Source of the DNA: Eledone cirrhosa
Lineage: Eukaryota
Direction of reading: 5' to 3'
DNA: 64,000 bases
NCBI GenBank assembly: GCA_964016885.1
Contig: OZ024742.1
Span: forward strand, 145,638,001-145,702,000
Shown: positions 24,587 through 38,900 of the stretch, in pieces
Layout of the letters: every line of letters starts with the position of its first letter
Numbering within the stretch: position 1 is the stretch's first letter
Notes under the pieces: generated by a model
Seen by the model: the letters and a program-made list of their open reading frames with translations, nothing else
Told to the model about the DNA's origin: nothing
Databases searched by the model: none
Translations under genes and position numbers: made by a program

Positions 24587-25329
24587 CTGAAAAATACAAA
24601 AAAACCTTAGATGTAAGACTTCATGTCTATAATAATTAGAAAGTGTTTAATTTATACCTTATATAACAGAAAAACAATTATCATTTGGTATGATATTCCA
24701 TGCAGTAATGTTGTTAATGCCAAATGTTTTTAAAGTGATACAAAAAATGTTTATAAGGCTCCATAATGTGGCTGAAGATCAAGATGTCAACAGATGGATA
24801 ATAATTATGAGTAATTATGTTACAGTATTTTGTAGCTGTCTTTGTTTATATTAGATTGTCATTTAACTTCTCTAATGCTAAGTCAGATTTATTCTACAAT
24901 TACATAATTAGTTAGGATAGAAAGACAGTATAATTAGTTGCACTCAAGAAACAGTAAATATTAACCAAGTTTTCATCCACATTGTACCCATCTTCAGAGT
25001 GATGGTTCCACTGTACCAAGTATTTGTGGACCTTGCTAACACTTTCAATACTGCTGAAGTGCATTGTGGGTCATGTTTTGGAAACTTAGATGGCCTTCTA
25101 AATTTGTTGGAATATTTAAAAAAACCCATCAAAATATAATGGTAAAAGTGAACTTCAGTAGGTGTTGTTAGAGATGAAATAACATGACAAAACAAGTCCT
25201 TTTGAGGAACTGTGGGAACATTTCTTTTGCTAAATTAGTTCCCTGCCTAGATCGAAATGGGAGCAGCGATAGATAATCAAAACATTAGCAAAAGAGAGAA
25301 TCAATGATCTTGGACTGTAAGAGAGAGAA

Positions 25330-27005
25330 ATAAAAAAACAGACAAAAAACAAAATAAAAAAATATAACGTAAATATGATAAAATGAATAAATAATTAAGT
25401 GAAAATGAACAAATTATTGATGAGATGAGGAATGTTACTTGTCATATTGGGCATAGCGTGATGGCCAGTACACATGTCGACCAGATCTAGTGCTTGTTGT
25501 TGGCATAGAGCTCGGATTGCCGGTCGATGGGAGCACTGATATTGGGTTAACTTGGTCTGATGATGAGGGTTCATCCAAATACACATGAGCTTTTTTTAGC
25601 CAGTTGACACTGACTCTTTCCATTAATGTCCAAAATGAAATGCTTGAGTATCCTTTTGAGTACTTGGTAAGGCTCCGAGTATGATGGTTGCAAAAGAGCC
25701 CTGATAGTGTTCTTTCAGACAAAAATGTGTGTCCATTGCTGTATGTCAGATGGAACTTGTGTAGTGATGCTTTGAGGGCAAGGGACAATGGATGGCAGCT
25801 TTGCCATGTAGGTCTGCAGGCGATGGATACAGTTCATTGGATCTACAGGGTGTTGAGACTCAGGGGCAATCATTTACCCGGGTAATACCAATGTCATGCC
25901 ATAAACTAGCTCAGCTGGCATAAAACCAAGTCCTTTTTTTACGATGGAGTGTATTCCAAGAAGGATGAGGAGGGAAGATCTCCAACCAGTTCCTGTTGTT
26001 GACATAGGCTCTGAGAGCCGATTTTAATTGTCGAGAGAAATGTTCCACCATACCATTAGCTGCAGGGTGATAAGCTGTTGTACGTGTTCGGCTACAACCT
26101 AGGAGGCATGTCAATTCTTTAAAAAGGTTTGATTCGAACTGGCCGCCTCTGTCCATTGTGAGGGTAACGCAAAATCTAATGCTGTACTAGTGCCTTGGCA
26201 ATAGATTCAGTTGTGGTGTTGGAAAGAGGAATGGCCTCAGGCCACCAGGAAAATCTGTCCACACAGGTCAAAAGGTGAGTGCAACCCTAAAAAGGACACA
26301 GTGGTCCAACGATGTTGATATATATGTGTTGGAAACATGCATCTGGTAATGTGAAGGTTCCCAGAGGAGTTCTGACATGATGGTGAATTTTTGCCTTCTG
26401 ACACTGGACACAGCATCTGGCCCATTCCCTGACATCCTTGTTCACACCAATCTAGACAAACCAGGCTGTTATCAACTTCAGGGTAGAGTTGGCACCAGGA
26501 TGCGATAGGTTGTGCAGCACAGAAAAAACAACGTCGATGTGGAGAGGTACATAAGGACGTGTGTGACCCATAGACACATCACACCAAATACCACCAGAAG
26601 AAAAAGGTAGAGGGAGGAGTTTGAAAGACAAGGAAGAAGATGAAGAATTTTGGAGTTTGAGGAGCTCCCCATCCATCTGTTGAGCGGTGGCAATGTCTCG
26701 AAGGCTGATGGAAAAAGAGGTGTGCAGTGCACCCAAGTGTGCATGAAAAGGGCGTCGGCTGCTGAGTTTTCTGAACCTTTAATATGGTGAATATCGATAG
26801 TCTACTGGGATATAAAATCAAGTTGGCATGCTTTTCTAGGTGAGTGGCGGTCAGGCTTGGAATATAGAGCATACTTGAGAGGTTTATGGTCCGTGTAAAT
26901 GGAAAACACAGAACCTTCTAGGATGTGCTGGAAATATCTCACACTGAGGTACACTGTCAAAAGCTCCTGACCGAATGTTCTGTACTTTGTTTCAGCTGAT
27001 TTGAG
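25330..27005 (-). mobile_element. Gypsy LTR-retrotransposon remnant (RNase H to integrase) in copy A intron 4
   Basis: [39 protein letters not shown]; multiple frameshifts. Confidence 0.85.
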
Positions 27006-27061
27006 TCACCTAAGAAGAAAGATTAATTTATAGAAATGGTGAAAGATGAAATAAACCCTAC

Positions 27062-27227
27062 CTTTACGATAAAGAGATGCTCCAGGAGATCTAATTAAGT
27101 CTTTTAATCCAGGCTTTGCTGCCTTCATTTTAGAAAAAGTACATTTGTCAGCAATATCTTTAAACAGCTGGTCATTCTTAGGAAGATCTAGAAATTCAGC
27201 TACTTTAGCCACATTGTTTACTGGATC
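27062..27227 (-). CDS. Sulfotransferase copy A, exon 4
   Basis: DPVNNVAKVAEFL...CTFSKMK...LYRK; AG/GT boundaries; 166 nt, phases fit neighbours. Confidence 0.93.
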
Positions 27228-27289
27228 CTAAAATAAATAAGAAAAATACAAACTTTTTCAAATAGAGGTGTATATGTAATCTGTTCAGA

Positions 27290-28560
27290 TGTTAAAATGG
27301 TAGCATTCTTAAACAAGCTCCAGTGTTCTTTGACTGATGTATTCAATTTTCAATGAGAAATTTTTGTACAATTCTTCATTAGAACTCTAACCTCTTTGTT
27401 ATATTTTACAGAGCTGCTACATTGAACAATTTGGTTGTTAACTTTATTATTGTCCTTTGTTAAAGTTTAATTCCAATTCTGATTTTGCAACAGATGAAAC
27501 AATAATCAGTTTTATAGTTATCAGATCCAGTGACTTTTTTTGTAAGGAGAACATCTTTACAATTTTTTGAGACTTGATAATAATGTAATCGATCAAGTTC
27601 TTTTGTTTAATTCCCATATGTTGTCAAGATGCCTTGCAATAATACTTCTTTAAAAAAGAAAATGGTATCAGTAATAGCAAGGATCTGGTTTAACACTCTT
27701 TGTTAGAAGAATGGTCCAGTTGGAATTGAGATTTCAAACACTGTTTTCTCCAATAGTACAATTCTCTCCCTATTCTTGTTTTTAACTCCCAATGAGTACA
27801 GTTTTTCCTCCTTTAGAATGTTGAAAATAATGGAATCCAGCTAAACATAGAACATTTTCATCCCAATTGTCATTAGTGCCATGAGCTGCTGTATATGTAC
27901 TAATGATATGTGAATACTGGTTTTGAAAAAGGTGAGGTTACAAGATCATCAACTATTCATTAACACCAACAGAGAGCTCTGACATCTCAGGGAAAATATG
28001 TTCTCGATAGCAAGTTCCACATCATATTTCCAAGATTTGTTAGGGAGACGTTCTTTCCAGAAGAAAGTGTAGCCTCCTTCTTCTTTTTTTGATTTTCTGA
28101 TCTGAAAGTGATGATGTTGAAATCAAACCAGCAACTGAAGAAAGATAATCCTCTACTTTTGTACCATTTCCAAAATTGTAGCTTTGAGATTCAGTCCTGT
28201 CTTTGTTACTCATAGCAATTCACTGCAAGATGTTAGAAAACATTCTCAAGACTCCATCAATGCTGAGAGATACATGTACATGAGGTGGTTTAATATGTGA
28301 ATGGTGTGGCATGTCGTCAGACATATAATCCTTGATGGGACTTCAGTTGTTTTGATGGCAAGATAATTGAAATTTAAGGATCTACTGCAACATTTTTTTG
28401 CTTTCCTAACAATTGGGTGAATTAATTTCACATATTTTGCCTTAACTAACATAAAATACTTGAAGTGAAGGATCACATTTTATTTGGAATTTCACCTTCA
28501 ATCTTGCTGTCTTAAAGGAAGAGGAAGGCTAGTCTTTGTAATGCAGATTTTGTTGTGGTT
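27290..28560. mobile_element. Old LINE-like remnant in intron 3, shared with ~58780-59990
   Basis: Heavily decayed; clear similarity between the paralogous introns. Confidence 0.35.
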
Positions 28561-28615
28561 AAAGGGAGTGATAAGACATTTTAAAGAAACCAAAGATAAG
28601 AATAAGTTATTTCAC

Positions 28616-28719
28616 CTTTTTAAGATCTTCATATTTAACTATTAGTATAGGTAGTTCGGGGTGGTTTTTAATATCTTTCTCCCATTGTAGCATATATTCA
28701 AACCAATTACCATAATTCA
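28616..28719 (-). CDS. Sulfotransferase copy A, exon 3
   Basis: VNYGNWFEYMLQWEKDIKNHPELPILIVKYEDLKK; AG/GT boundaries; 104 nt. Confidence 0.93.
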
Positions 28720-30004
28720 CTGAAATAATAAAACATTAATTTTCACAGAATTTTCACAGATTTGGGTGGTGGATTGGCAGTATCGGTAGAGGGTTGGACG
28801 CCATGCTTTCCAGCATAGTTACGTCCCTTTACGATCTGAGTTCAAATCCCGGTGAGGTTGACTTTGCCTTTCATCCTTACGGGATCGATAAAATAAAGTA
28901 CCAGTAATGCACTGGGTAATTGCTGGCCTTGTGCCTAAAGTAGAAACAATTAATTTTCACAGAATTGAAGTTGAATAACATTTTTATTGATTATATTTCA
29001 ACTTGGTGGAGGTCGGGGTGGAGAATAAGAGTGTTTAGAAGAAGGTCTTATCATATTACTGTATTTGATTGGCAGAATCGGTAGAGTGTCGGACACCATG
29101 CTTTGCAGCTTTGTCTTTCATCCTTACAGGGTCGATAAAATAAAGAACCAGTAATGCACTGGGGTCGATTTAATCAACTTTCCCCTCCCCCAAATTTTCA
29201 GGCCTTGTGCCTAAATCAGAAACCATTATATTACTGTATTTGATCTGGACATGCATCTAGTTTTGTGCACCATGCTGGTTTGGTAAGAAGTGATTCCATT
29301 TATTAACAAATGAATACTATTTATTTATTTTCTTATGCATTTAAAGAAACTCTCTGATGAAAGAATCTTCTTCCAGTATTGAATGTCTAAAATTAATAAG
29401 ATGGTCAAAGTTGTTTCTTGGTTCTCGAAACTGCAGTAAGAGAGATATGCTAAATAAAGAACTTAATACTGATAGTAGAATCAAAATATTATTTACTATC
29501 AATAGTAACTGTTTACTTTGAAGTTTCACTGATAAAACAGTATTTGGTCAGATGACATCTTTGTATATAGTTGTGACTTGGTGTGGTATAGAGTAGATGT
29601 AAGGAATTGAAGTACTAATCATAATTGTAAAGCAGAAAGAAAAGGTACAAAGTTTTGGTAGAGATTAAGAAGAATTAAATAAAGAAAGAGTGGAATGAAG
29701 ATGAAAGGTCGACCATGTATGGTTCTATTGAATTAACCATTAAGTTGAAAGTCATTGGTAAAAATAATCCTTTTGAGTTATTAAAATAAGTTCAAGAATA
29801 TAATAGATATAATAAAATAGATATAATTATACAGATGGGGCCATACATGTAATTTAGAGATATATGTAAACTTAAAATTTACAAATATATGTATAGTTAT
29901 GCACTCATATATGAAAAACTATTGTCTTTCTCCACTTAATTACAGTTATTACATAGATATTTTTATATTATGGAAACAATCAGGAAAAGAAAAATTATTC
30001 TTAC

Positions 30005-30328
30005 CTTTGCCATCTAAAAACAATTCCAAGAAACCATTCCAATCTCCATCATAATGGTACAGTTTGTTCAACTGAAATGTGTGGTGATAGGCAGAAGCAG
30101 CAATATCTCGTGGGTTGCGTGTCATGAAAATCATTTTAGGTTTTTTGGTAAATATCTGGTGTGGTAAATGATGCAAGAGGAGGTGGTTGTTTAACACTCT
30201 AGGTGATGGAAGTTGGTCTAGTTTATCTTGGTCTGAAAATTCCATCATTGTAACAACTTTATCTTCTGGATGATATTCAGTAGAACCTTTAAGCAGCATT
30301 CCACAAATTTCCCACATCCAGTGACAAC
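30005..30328 (-). CDS. Sulfotransferase copy A, exon 2
   Basis: GCHWMWEI...PSPRVLNNHL...RNPRDIAASAYHH...WNGFLELFLDGK; AG/GT boundaries; 324 nt. Confidence 0.95.
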
Positions 30329-30409
30329 CTATGGTGGAAATATTGAAATCTCAAAGGCATAAGGAAAAACAACCAATTATACATCAACATATCATAATTA
30401 TTATCATAT

Positions 30410-30475
30410 GCACCTTTGATGAGTTGTAGTGCATCTAAGCACTGTACACAATAATTTTCATTATTCATTATTATT
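30410..30475 (+). mobile_element. 3' tip of the CR1/L2-type LINE family seen at 55540-56240
   Basis: CACCTTTGA.GAGTTGTAGTGCA.CT.AGCACT.TACACAATAATTTC plus ATT-rich tail matches 56183-56238. Confidence 0.6.
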
Positions 30476-32132
30476 CTTTAAGAGGAACAATAACATTCAC
30501 AGTAATTATTTCAGTTTAAGAAGTCTTGCAAATCTGATGAGATATTTACAACAAATGATATCTCCATAAAGGTCATCCAGTTTGAAGATTAATTCAGTTT
30601 GAAAGAATAATTAAAAGGTTTCCATTATGGAATTTTAGCAACTATATTTGCTAGAGCAATACCACAACACACTATTGGTCTCTCCACCTGGTGTTAATTA
30701 TGTAAAACTTTCATGTCAAATTACCTGAAAAAAGGAGGAGATTTAACTACACACATTAATGTTTATAACAATGAAGAAATCTCAAGACTAACCAATATTA
30801 AAAGAGATGCCCACATCCCTTGAACAAGACCTAACCTCAAACATGAAGAAACAACACTTTCAAGACCTTCAGTAAATATATAAAACTTGGATGAGAGAGA
30901 TTCAAAACAGCTGGTGGATAAGAAAGGCTATAGAGTTCAATGACATGCAGATGTTAGAGGCTGTAGAAATCTCTCTACCTGTACCAAAGAACTGTATAGC
31001 CCAAACCAAGCTTCAAAATGTATTCTGAAAACTGCTGACAAGGCCAACTTTCTCACAGACAGCTAAAGTATTTATAACTACTGGAAGGGACATTTCCCAA
31101 TCACCAATGTCTTTAAACAAGGATGAGTACTTGCTCCAACCTAGTTCTCTATATACCTTACAGCCATGCTTCATGAAATTCCACCTACCAACCCTGGTGT
31201 AACTATATCAAGTACCACTTCAGTGGTGGATTCTACAGTGGTGGAGATTCCAGCTATAAAGACTGACCAAGAGGACTTATATCAGTGAATACAATATGCT
31301 AACAACAATATCTTGCCAACACATTCACCAAATGAAATGCAGGCATCAGTTATCATTTTCAAAAACACAGATGGTTGCTTCAGTCTGACAATCAACTAGC
31401 ACAATCTGTTTCACACTTAATTCTTCAGATTTCAACATCGTCATCTTTAATACACCACTAGAGCAAGTAGATCAGTTCCAATACCTCAGAAACATAACTC
31501 CAAGACATGTAAATCAATATTTGGTTTTTAAGTCATGAGCAATGCAATTATTTTAGTGGAAAACAGGAAGTGAGATGACATTGGACTTTATTATGCAAGC
31601 AGACATTGAATATTATTATAGGAAAATAGAAACATACGTTGTAGTGTGTAATGATTAGAGGAAGATAGAAACTGTGAGATGATTAGAGGTAGATAGAAAC
31701 TTATACTGTGAGATGATTAGAGGTAGATAGACACATATGTTGTATTGAGGGATGTTTAGAGGAAGATAGAAACATATTGTACTGTTTCATGGTTGGAAAA
31801 GATAGAAACATAGGTAGTATTGTGAGAGGATTAGAGAAAGATAGAAACATATATTAACCATTGTTGTGTGTGGTGCAGTAAATAAATATATACATGTACA
31901 CCAGGTCCAAACACAAAGGAACCAAGCTCCTACAGTCATTGCCTCTGTCTTTCCCACTCTCTCCAATGCCCTGTTCACTGTTATGAACAAATGGGGGCCA
32001 ATGCCCCGGAAGACAGAATAGAGAAGGCGTTTCCCCCGAGGATGGTGAGGGAAACATATTGTATTGTAGGACGATTGGAGAAAAAGAAAAGCTTTTGTTG
32101 TCGGATGATCCGTATGACAACAAAATACATAC

Positions 32133-32298
32133 CAGCTTTCATGTAACCGAGAAGTAATACATCATCATCTCTTAATGGCATATCTGGAAGATTGTCAAGA
32201 TGTTCTTCAATATTTGGAAATATTGGCACTAGAAAGCCTTTGTAGTCATAGTTGTGCAACTGATATCCAGCCAGATCTTTGTAGAAAACTTCAGGCAT
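32133..32298 (-). CDS. Sulfotransferase copy A, coding exon 1 (spliced CDS 870 nt, 289 aa, SULT1-like)
   Basis: MPEVFYKD...LRDDDVLLLGYMKAG; GTATGT donor; the five exons join in frame (166+324+104+166+110). Confidence 0.93.
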
Positions 32299-33406
32299 GA
32301 TGTAATTCTATTGTTCTTCTGTAATATATAAATGTTATATAACTATATGATTATAGTGTTTACCAAGTGAGAAATATTTAGGTACAAAATTACAAAAGAC
32401 CATGATGATTAGCAGCTCATGTGGCAAGTAGGGTACTTTACACATGTCTCTTAAATCCATTCTTTCCTGCTAGTCAACTGCTCTGCTATACACACCCTCA
32501 TACTCTTTTTATCATCCTATCTGCATATCTCATTCTCCTCTCATCCACTTTCTCTCAGATTCACTGTACCATCCTGCCCATGAGAGATAAACATGTCAGT
32601 CTCCTACTAACCTCCAACATTGATCCTGCCATTTGCTTATTCAATACTCAATGTTGAAGAGGGATATTCCTAATACTGTGTATATCAAATCCCTTCCACT
32701 GCCTTCAATCTTATTATAGTGTATTTTAACTCCAACTTCTATCTGCATAGCTTGCAATCAATCCATCATCTCCTCAAAGCCATTTCTAACACCCTTCAAC
32801 ATGGGTAGGGTGATTGTTTTTGAGACAGAGATATATTAATACATCCTTGTGCCACCAGCCCCGCCCCCTCCCACACCAGCTGTTTCCCCATCCATATTAG
32901 TCATCTATGGTCACACCTTTGACTCCCCCTCCTTCACTATCTAAATCATCCCCACCTACGCTCTCTCATAATCACTGTCAACATAAATATGAAATAGCTA
33001 TCTGCACTTAAAGTAAGACATCTCAGCCATACACACACGCATATATGTGTGTGTATGTGTGTATGTGTTCTTTATTATAGTCAAGTGATGAATCTTATCT
33101 GATGTTTTTGTGAGTACACAGGTGAAACTTCAGAGTTACAAGATTCTTCACATAGCCATAATAAAGAGTATCATTATACTCTAATTTGGTAGTGAGTACT
33201 CATTGCCGCATCCACCCACATCACACACACACACACACACATATATGTGTGTGCTTTCATCTCTTCCCCACTCCCCCATAACTGCCTCTCTCTGCCTGGC
33301 TGAAGACATGAAATATTATTATGAAATATTATTATAGTTATTTGCATTGTGGTGACTATATTTTCAAATTTCAAAATGTTCAATGCTTTGTCTGTCAACC
33401 AATCTT

Positions 33407-35944
33407 ATCATCATCATCATCATCATCATCATCAACGTTTAACGTCCGTGTTCCACGCTTACATGGGTTTGGACGTGGGTAGTCCCACTTGAGGCAAGAG
33501 TGATTGTCTTGCTCGCATAGGACTATCTGGCAGGTTTTCTACAGTTGGATGCCCTTCCTAACACCAACCACATTTACAGTGTGGGTCTGGGAGGTTTTTA
33601 CCGTGTTGCCTACACGGCCACATTACAGCGTGGACTGTGTGTTTTTTTGTCGTGACACCTACACGATCTCATTTGTTTCGGCCTGGATGGTGTGGCACCA
33701 ACATAACTTTACATAGAACGGGGTGGTGTGGATGGGGTGGGGGTGGTGGTGGTGGGACGGGGGGGGGAGGGGTATTTTGTTAGAGATGCCTACTGGCTGT
33801 AGTAGGTTTTACTATGTATTTAGGTAAGGCGGGTCTTCTCTGTTACTGAGTACCGCCAAAGGTCTCGGTCCAGTGACATTGTCTTGGTGAGGTGTAAGTG
33901 TGTGAGGTCGGAGTTTATCAGCTCGTCCCAGGTTTTTCTAGGTGCCTATTCCGTGGCTACCGTCTATCTTTATTGCCCTGCACTTTGTTATACAGCTATC
34001 GACTTTCATGCGCATCACGTGTCCATACCAACGTAGCCTTCTCTCGAGTAAACAACATCTGATCCCTCTTATTTCTAATTTTTTCCTTAGTTCGTTTATG
34101 CTTTGCCGTTCACGTATATTACTGTTACACATCCAGCGGAGCATGCAAGCTTCGTTCCTCTCTAGTCTGCGTATATCCTCTGCACACAATGCCCAGGTCT
34201 CACTGCCATGCAACATTGCTGTTCGTATGCAGGCATCGTACAACCTGCCTTTCATTTTTAGGGAGAACCCTTTAGCAGCTAATAGTGGTATAAGCTCTCT
34301 GAACTTTTTCCAACCAGTTCTGACTCTAGCTACTGTACTTTCAGAGCACCCTCCCCCACTGCTGATTTTATCGCCCAGGTAACGGAAGCTGTCCACTATT
34401 TCTATAGAACCCTATGCGCAATTGAAAGAGCTAGTATTTTGTGGGCACTTGCTGCTACTTATTGCACCAGAGCACCGGCCACATGTAAAATCTATGTTCT
34501 TAGTTAGCTTACCTGTGATCCCACTACATCTTTTATGCACCCATACTTTGCATTTAGGACATAAAATGGAGTTTCTACCTACGCCTTTTCTACACACCGA
34601 GCACGACCATTTCCCAGAAGGGACCGCCGCCTTATTTTCTTTCCTACAAACTAGAACTTTAGTCTTAGCCAGGTTAATTTTAAGTCCTTTTGATTCTAGG
34701 CCGTGCTTCCATGTTTGGAATTTCTTCTCTAGCTCGGCCATTGATTCCGCTATGAGTGTCAGGTCGTCTGCGTATAGGAGTTCCCATGGGCAGCCGGTCT
34801 TGAACTCCTCTGTTATAGCCTGAAGGGCAATAATAAATAGTAGGGGGCTGAGAACAGAGCCCTGATGGACGCCAACTTTTACGCTAAACTCTTCACTATA
34901 TTCGTTGTTAATTCTAACCTTGCTGACTGTTTCTTTATACATGGCTTGTATAGCCCTCACAAGCCATTCGTCAACGCCTAGTTTTCTAAGAGCCCACCAG
35001 ATAATGGAGCGGGGGACTCTGTCGAAGGCTTTCTCCAAGTCGACAAAAGCTAAGTAGAGGGGTTTACCTTTAGCTAGGTACTTCTCCTGTAGTTGTCGTA
35101 CAATGAAAAGAGCGTCTGTGGTACTTTTGCCTGACACAAACCCGAACTGCATTTCATCTAGGTCAATTCTCTCTCTGATTAGTTGTGCTATTACTTTTTC
35201 CGTGACCTTCATGACCTAGTCGATTAATTTAATGCCTCTATAGTTACTCCTATCTAGGGCGTCTCCTTTACCCTTATAACAGTTAACGATGATGCTGCTA
35301 TGCCAGTCCTTCGGAACAACCCCTTTCTGTACGACTTGGTTAACTATGCGGGTGACCATGGTGTGTCCCACCGTGCCAGATGCCTTCAGCATCTCAGCAA
35401 CTATTTCCGAAGGCCCAGCCACCTTACCCGTCTTCATATCCTTGATTGCCTTACTTATTATACTCCCCTCGACTAACACTGCTGGTCCCTCTGTTGGGTC
35501 GATATGAGGGAGACTGTCTTTCTCCCATTTATTCTCCTCATTTAGTAGCCTTTCATAGTGACACTTCCAAGCTACCTTCTTATCAGCGTCGGTGATGGCA
35601 AGTATGCCATCATCGTTAAGTACACACTTCTCCCCGACAATATCACGGTTTTCCTTGATGCATTGCCTAGCAATCCTGAACACCTCACGTTTTTGGTCCT
35701 CGCGTTGTAGAACATGCTTGAACTTTCTTTCCTCTGCTTCCCTTCTTGCTAAGTACACTTGTCTCCTAGCTTCCCTCCTGGCCACTTGATAGTCTTCTCT
35801 ACTTCCCCCATCCCGCCATACTTTCCAAGCCTGCTTTTTGGCCTTAATTGACCCCTCCACCTTACTGTTCCACCACCATGTTACTCTCCTCCTGCCTGCA
35901 GGCCTGCTCCAGCCACAGACTTCGTCTGTCGCCATCAGCAGGAA
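33407..35944 (-). mobile_element. RTE-clade LINE, longest copy (RT, PHD-type finger, thumb, 3' UTR), with one stop and two frameshifts
   Basis: NYRGIKL, FVDLEKAFDRVPR, GVHQGSVLSPLLF, LLYADDL, RRLRWYGHVMR; (GAT)n tail. Confidence 0.95.
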
Positions 35945-35959
35945 CAAAATAACAAAATA

Positions 35960-38900
35960 ACAAAGCCAGCAATCCTGGAGTTAAGATGTAACCTTGCCTT
36001 CTCCCACCTTTAGTTCACCCACGCCATGTGGAGTGGACATATTAAGAGCAATTCTCTCACTAACTATGGTCGCAGACTACAACAGCCTCATGAACAAACA
36101 ATGAATAACATTGTCAACCTTCGCAACTCGTGGTAATATGTTTATTGTTCTTTTTGACTCAAGTGAAATAAATCTTTATATATAGAGAAAAGCCATTTAT
36201 TCTTGTTATTTCATCTAACAACCACATTAATCCCATATAACTATTTCTTAAAAATACCCTTTGTTAAATTAGTGACCCAGCCGTGGGAACTAAATGTTCC
36301 TTAAAAAAAAAATAGAAGTGGTATTTAACAAAAAAAAAGAAAACAACACGCATTTTTCTGATCATGGCTTCATTTGCCAACATCAACAACTTTCTCTTAC
36401 CGAGCTTATCATCTATATTCTAAAACTTATAATAAAATATGATAAAACTTCACTTTTTCAAATTATTCACCAAACTTCCATTCTACGGAATATTTACAGT
36501 GACTTCGCTTTTATGTTTTGATTCATTACCAAACACTTCACCACTTGCTTCGTAATCTCAACAACAAAAGACAATACTACTAGCTTCCTAGCAAGAGAAC
36601 GATCACATAAGGAAGAGAAAACTGAACCTTTTGTAAAGAACAATTATGTAAATATTTTTTTTCTTTTCTTTCCTTTGCTGAAATGTTTGAAGATGTCAAG
36701 ATGGCGGCTTTCTTCTTCAACAGTTTTTTTTTTGCGCGAAACCGTGCACCATGTTGGTTTTTGTTTTAGGTTCTCTGTAGATATATTTATAATGCCATTT
36801 TTTGCTTAGTCGCTCACTTACACAATATTTCAAATACATTTTTTTTCCTGTCCGGTAGTTTGAAGAAAAGACAGAAAAAACAAGCGGGTTATTTTCTTTT
36901 TCCCTTGTGTTTGAGGTATTTTTCTTTACGGAGACGCATTTTGCCACTTACTGAGATTGCACCAATGGCATCTCATTCTATTCTCCCTACTTATACGGAA
37001 GACGTGAAGTTATGGTTCGCTCAAATTTAAGCCTTGTTAGAGGCTAACAACATCGCTGAGGCACATCCCCTCGTCCTTAGTGCCATTCCTCCGGCACTTC
37101 TGCCAACTATTAAGGATCTCGTATTGGAGACACCGACTGATGCTACTTATAAGTCGTTGAAGGCTGAAATACTCAGCCAGACTGCACAGTCCACCGAGAA
37201 ACGCTTTAGAGCTCTGGTCCATTTGGAGCATATCGGGGATGGCACCCCCATCGAACCTCTTACGCCGAATGAAAGACCTAACAGAGGGGTCGGTAGCGGA
37301 AACTGCGATATTGAAGCAGTTGTTTTTCTCACGGCTACCGACCAACGTTCAAGCAATTTTGGCCCCCATTAGGTATACATGTTCTGTGGACCAACTGACC
37401 AACCTGCGAGGCAACTGATGCAGACAGCGCAGCTATAATGGCTATGCAAAAAGCTATTCTGGAACTCACCCTGGAGCTACAAAAGCTGAAGGCCTCTGGT
37501 AACGCTCGTTCGCGCTCGCGCAGCCGCGGTACAGCTACCTCTTTCAGACACCGCCCCAGGTCACCAGCTTCATCTTTATGCTGGTACCACGAGCGTTTTG
37601 CTAAGAACGCAAACCACTGTGTACAGCCTTGTTCTTTTGTGAAGTCTGGAAATGTCAGAGAGGTTCGCCGAGGGCGGCAGTTGACCTCAGCGTAAAGCAC
37701 CCAAACCGCCACTTCTTTATCAAGGACCTCCTGTCTGGAAGAGCCTTCCTCGTGGATACAGGAGCCTCCTGTAGTATTTAGCCGGTCCATTGCCTAAAGG
37801 ATACCTCCGCGGAGTCATCGGTTACTCTGCAAGCCATTAACCACTCGCCTATAAAGACGTACAGACAAATCTCGCTTCCTCTCAAATTCAAAAATCTAAG
37901 TCGTTTTGGCAGCAAACCAACCTGCACTCGAATCGTTGGATACTTCATCAGCCGAATTTGCGACTTGCAACCTGAAATATCTGCCCTTGTCGACTACCGA
38001 TAGGCAGATTCTCTGCGACGTATCTACGGAATCACCACGACCTTATGTTCCCGAGACACACCGTCAAATTGTGTTCCTTGCTTTGCACAGCATTTCTCAC
38101 CCAGGATCTTCAGCCACAGTAAAGCTCATAACGGCTAGATTTTTCTGGCCAAATATGAGGCGAGAAATTATTTTTTGGTGGCGTTCCTGCATACAGTGTC
38201 AAAAATCTAAAGACCACAGACACATCAGGACTCCACTTTGTACTTTCAGAACCCCGGATGTTCGTTTTTGACACATCCACATCGATATCGTTGGACCTTG
38301 GCCAGTCAGTAGTGGATATTCTTACCTTTTGATCTGCATTGATCGTTTTTCGCGATGGCCTGAAGCCATCCCCTTAAAGGACATTACCGCCGAGATGATA
38401 GCGCATGCCCTGGTATCAGGGTGGATTGCCCGCTATGGCGTGCCAACCACAATTACTACAGGCCGTGGTGGACAATTTGAATCACATCTTTTCTCAGAGT
38501 TAACAAAAATTATTGCCGCTCAACACGCATTCGGATCACATCTTATCATCCTGCTTCAAACGGAATGGTGGAGCGTTTTCACCACCAATTAAAGGCTGCT
38601 CTTCGTGCCTATCCAGACTCTCTACGTTGGAGCGAGTACCTTCCTATTGTGTTGTTAGGAATTCGGTCTTCAATAAAGGAGGACCTAGGGTTCTCCCCGG
38701 CTGAATTATTGTATGGTGATCCTCTAGCGTTGCATGGGAAAATGCTGGCCCCTGTTGATCTTGCTATTCAAGATCCTCTTTCCTACGTATCTCGTTTGCG
38801 CTCGTATTTTCAGGACTTACCGCCTATGGATACCAGAAAACAAACTATTAAAATTGCAATCCTGAGAGATACTGCCTCGTGGACACATGTCTTTGTCAGA

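Noticed and set aside
29949-30317. Single-exon ORFs as listed (also 27006-27212, 31981-32298, 4036-4338)
   Set aside because: They read through splice donors; replaced by the spliced exon model.
36695-36712. CAAGATGGCGGC (YY1-like) as a host promoter
   Set aside because: It lies between the Gypsy LTRs, with no linked host exon.
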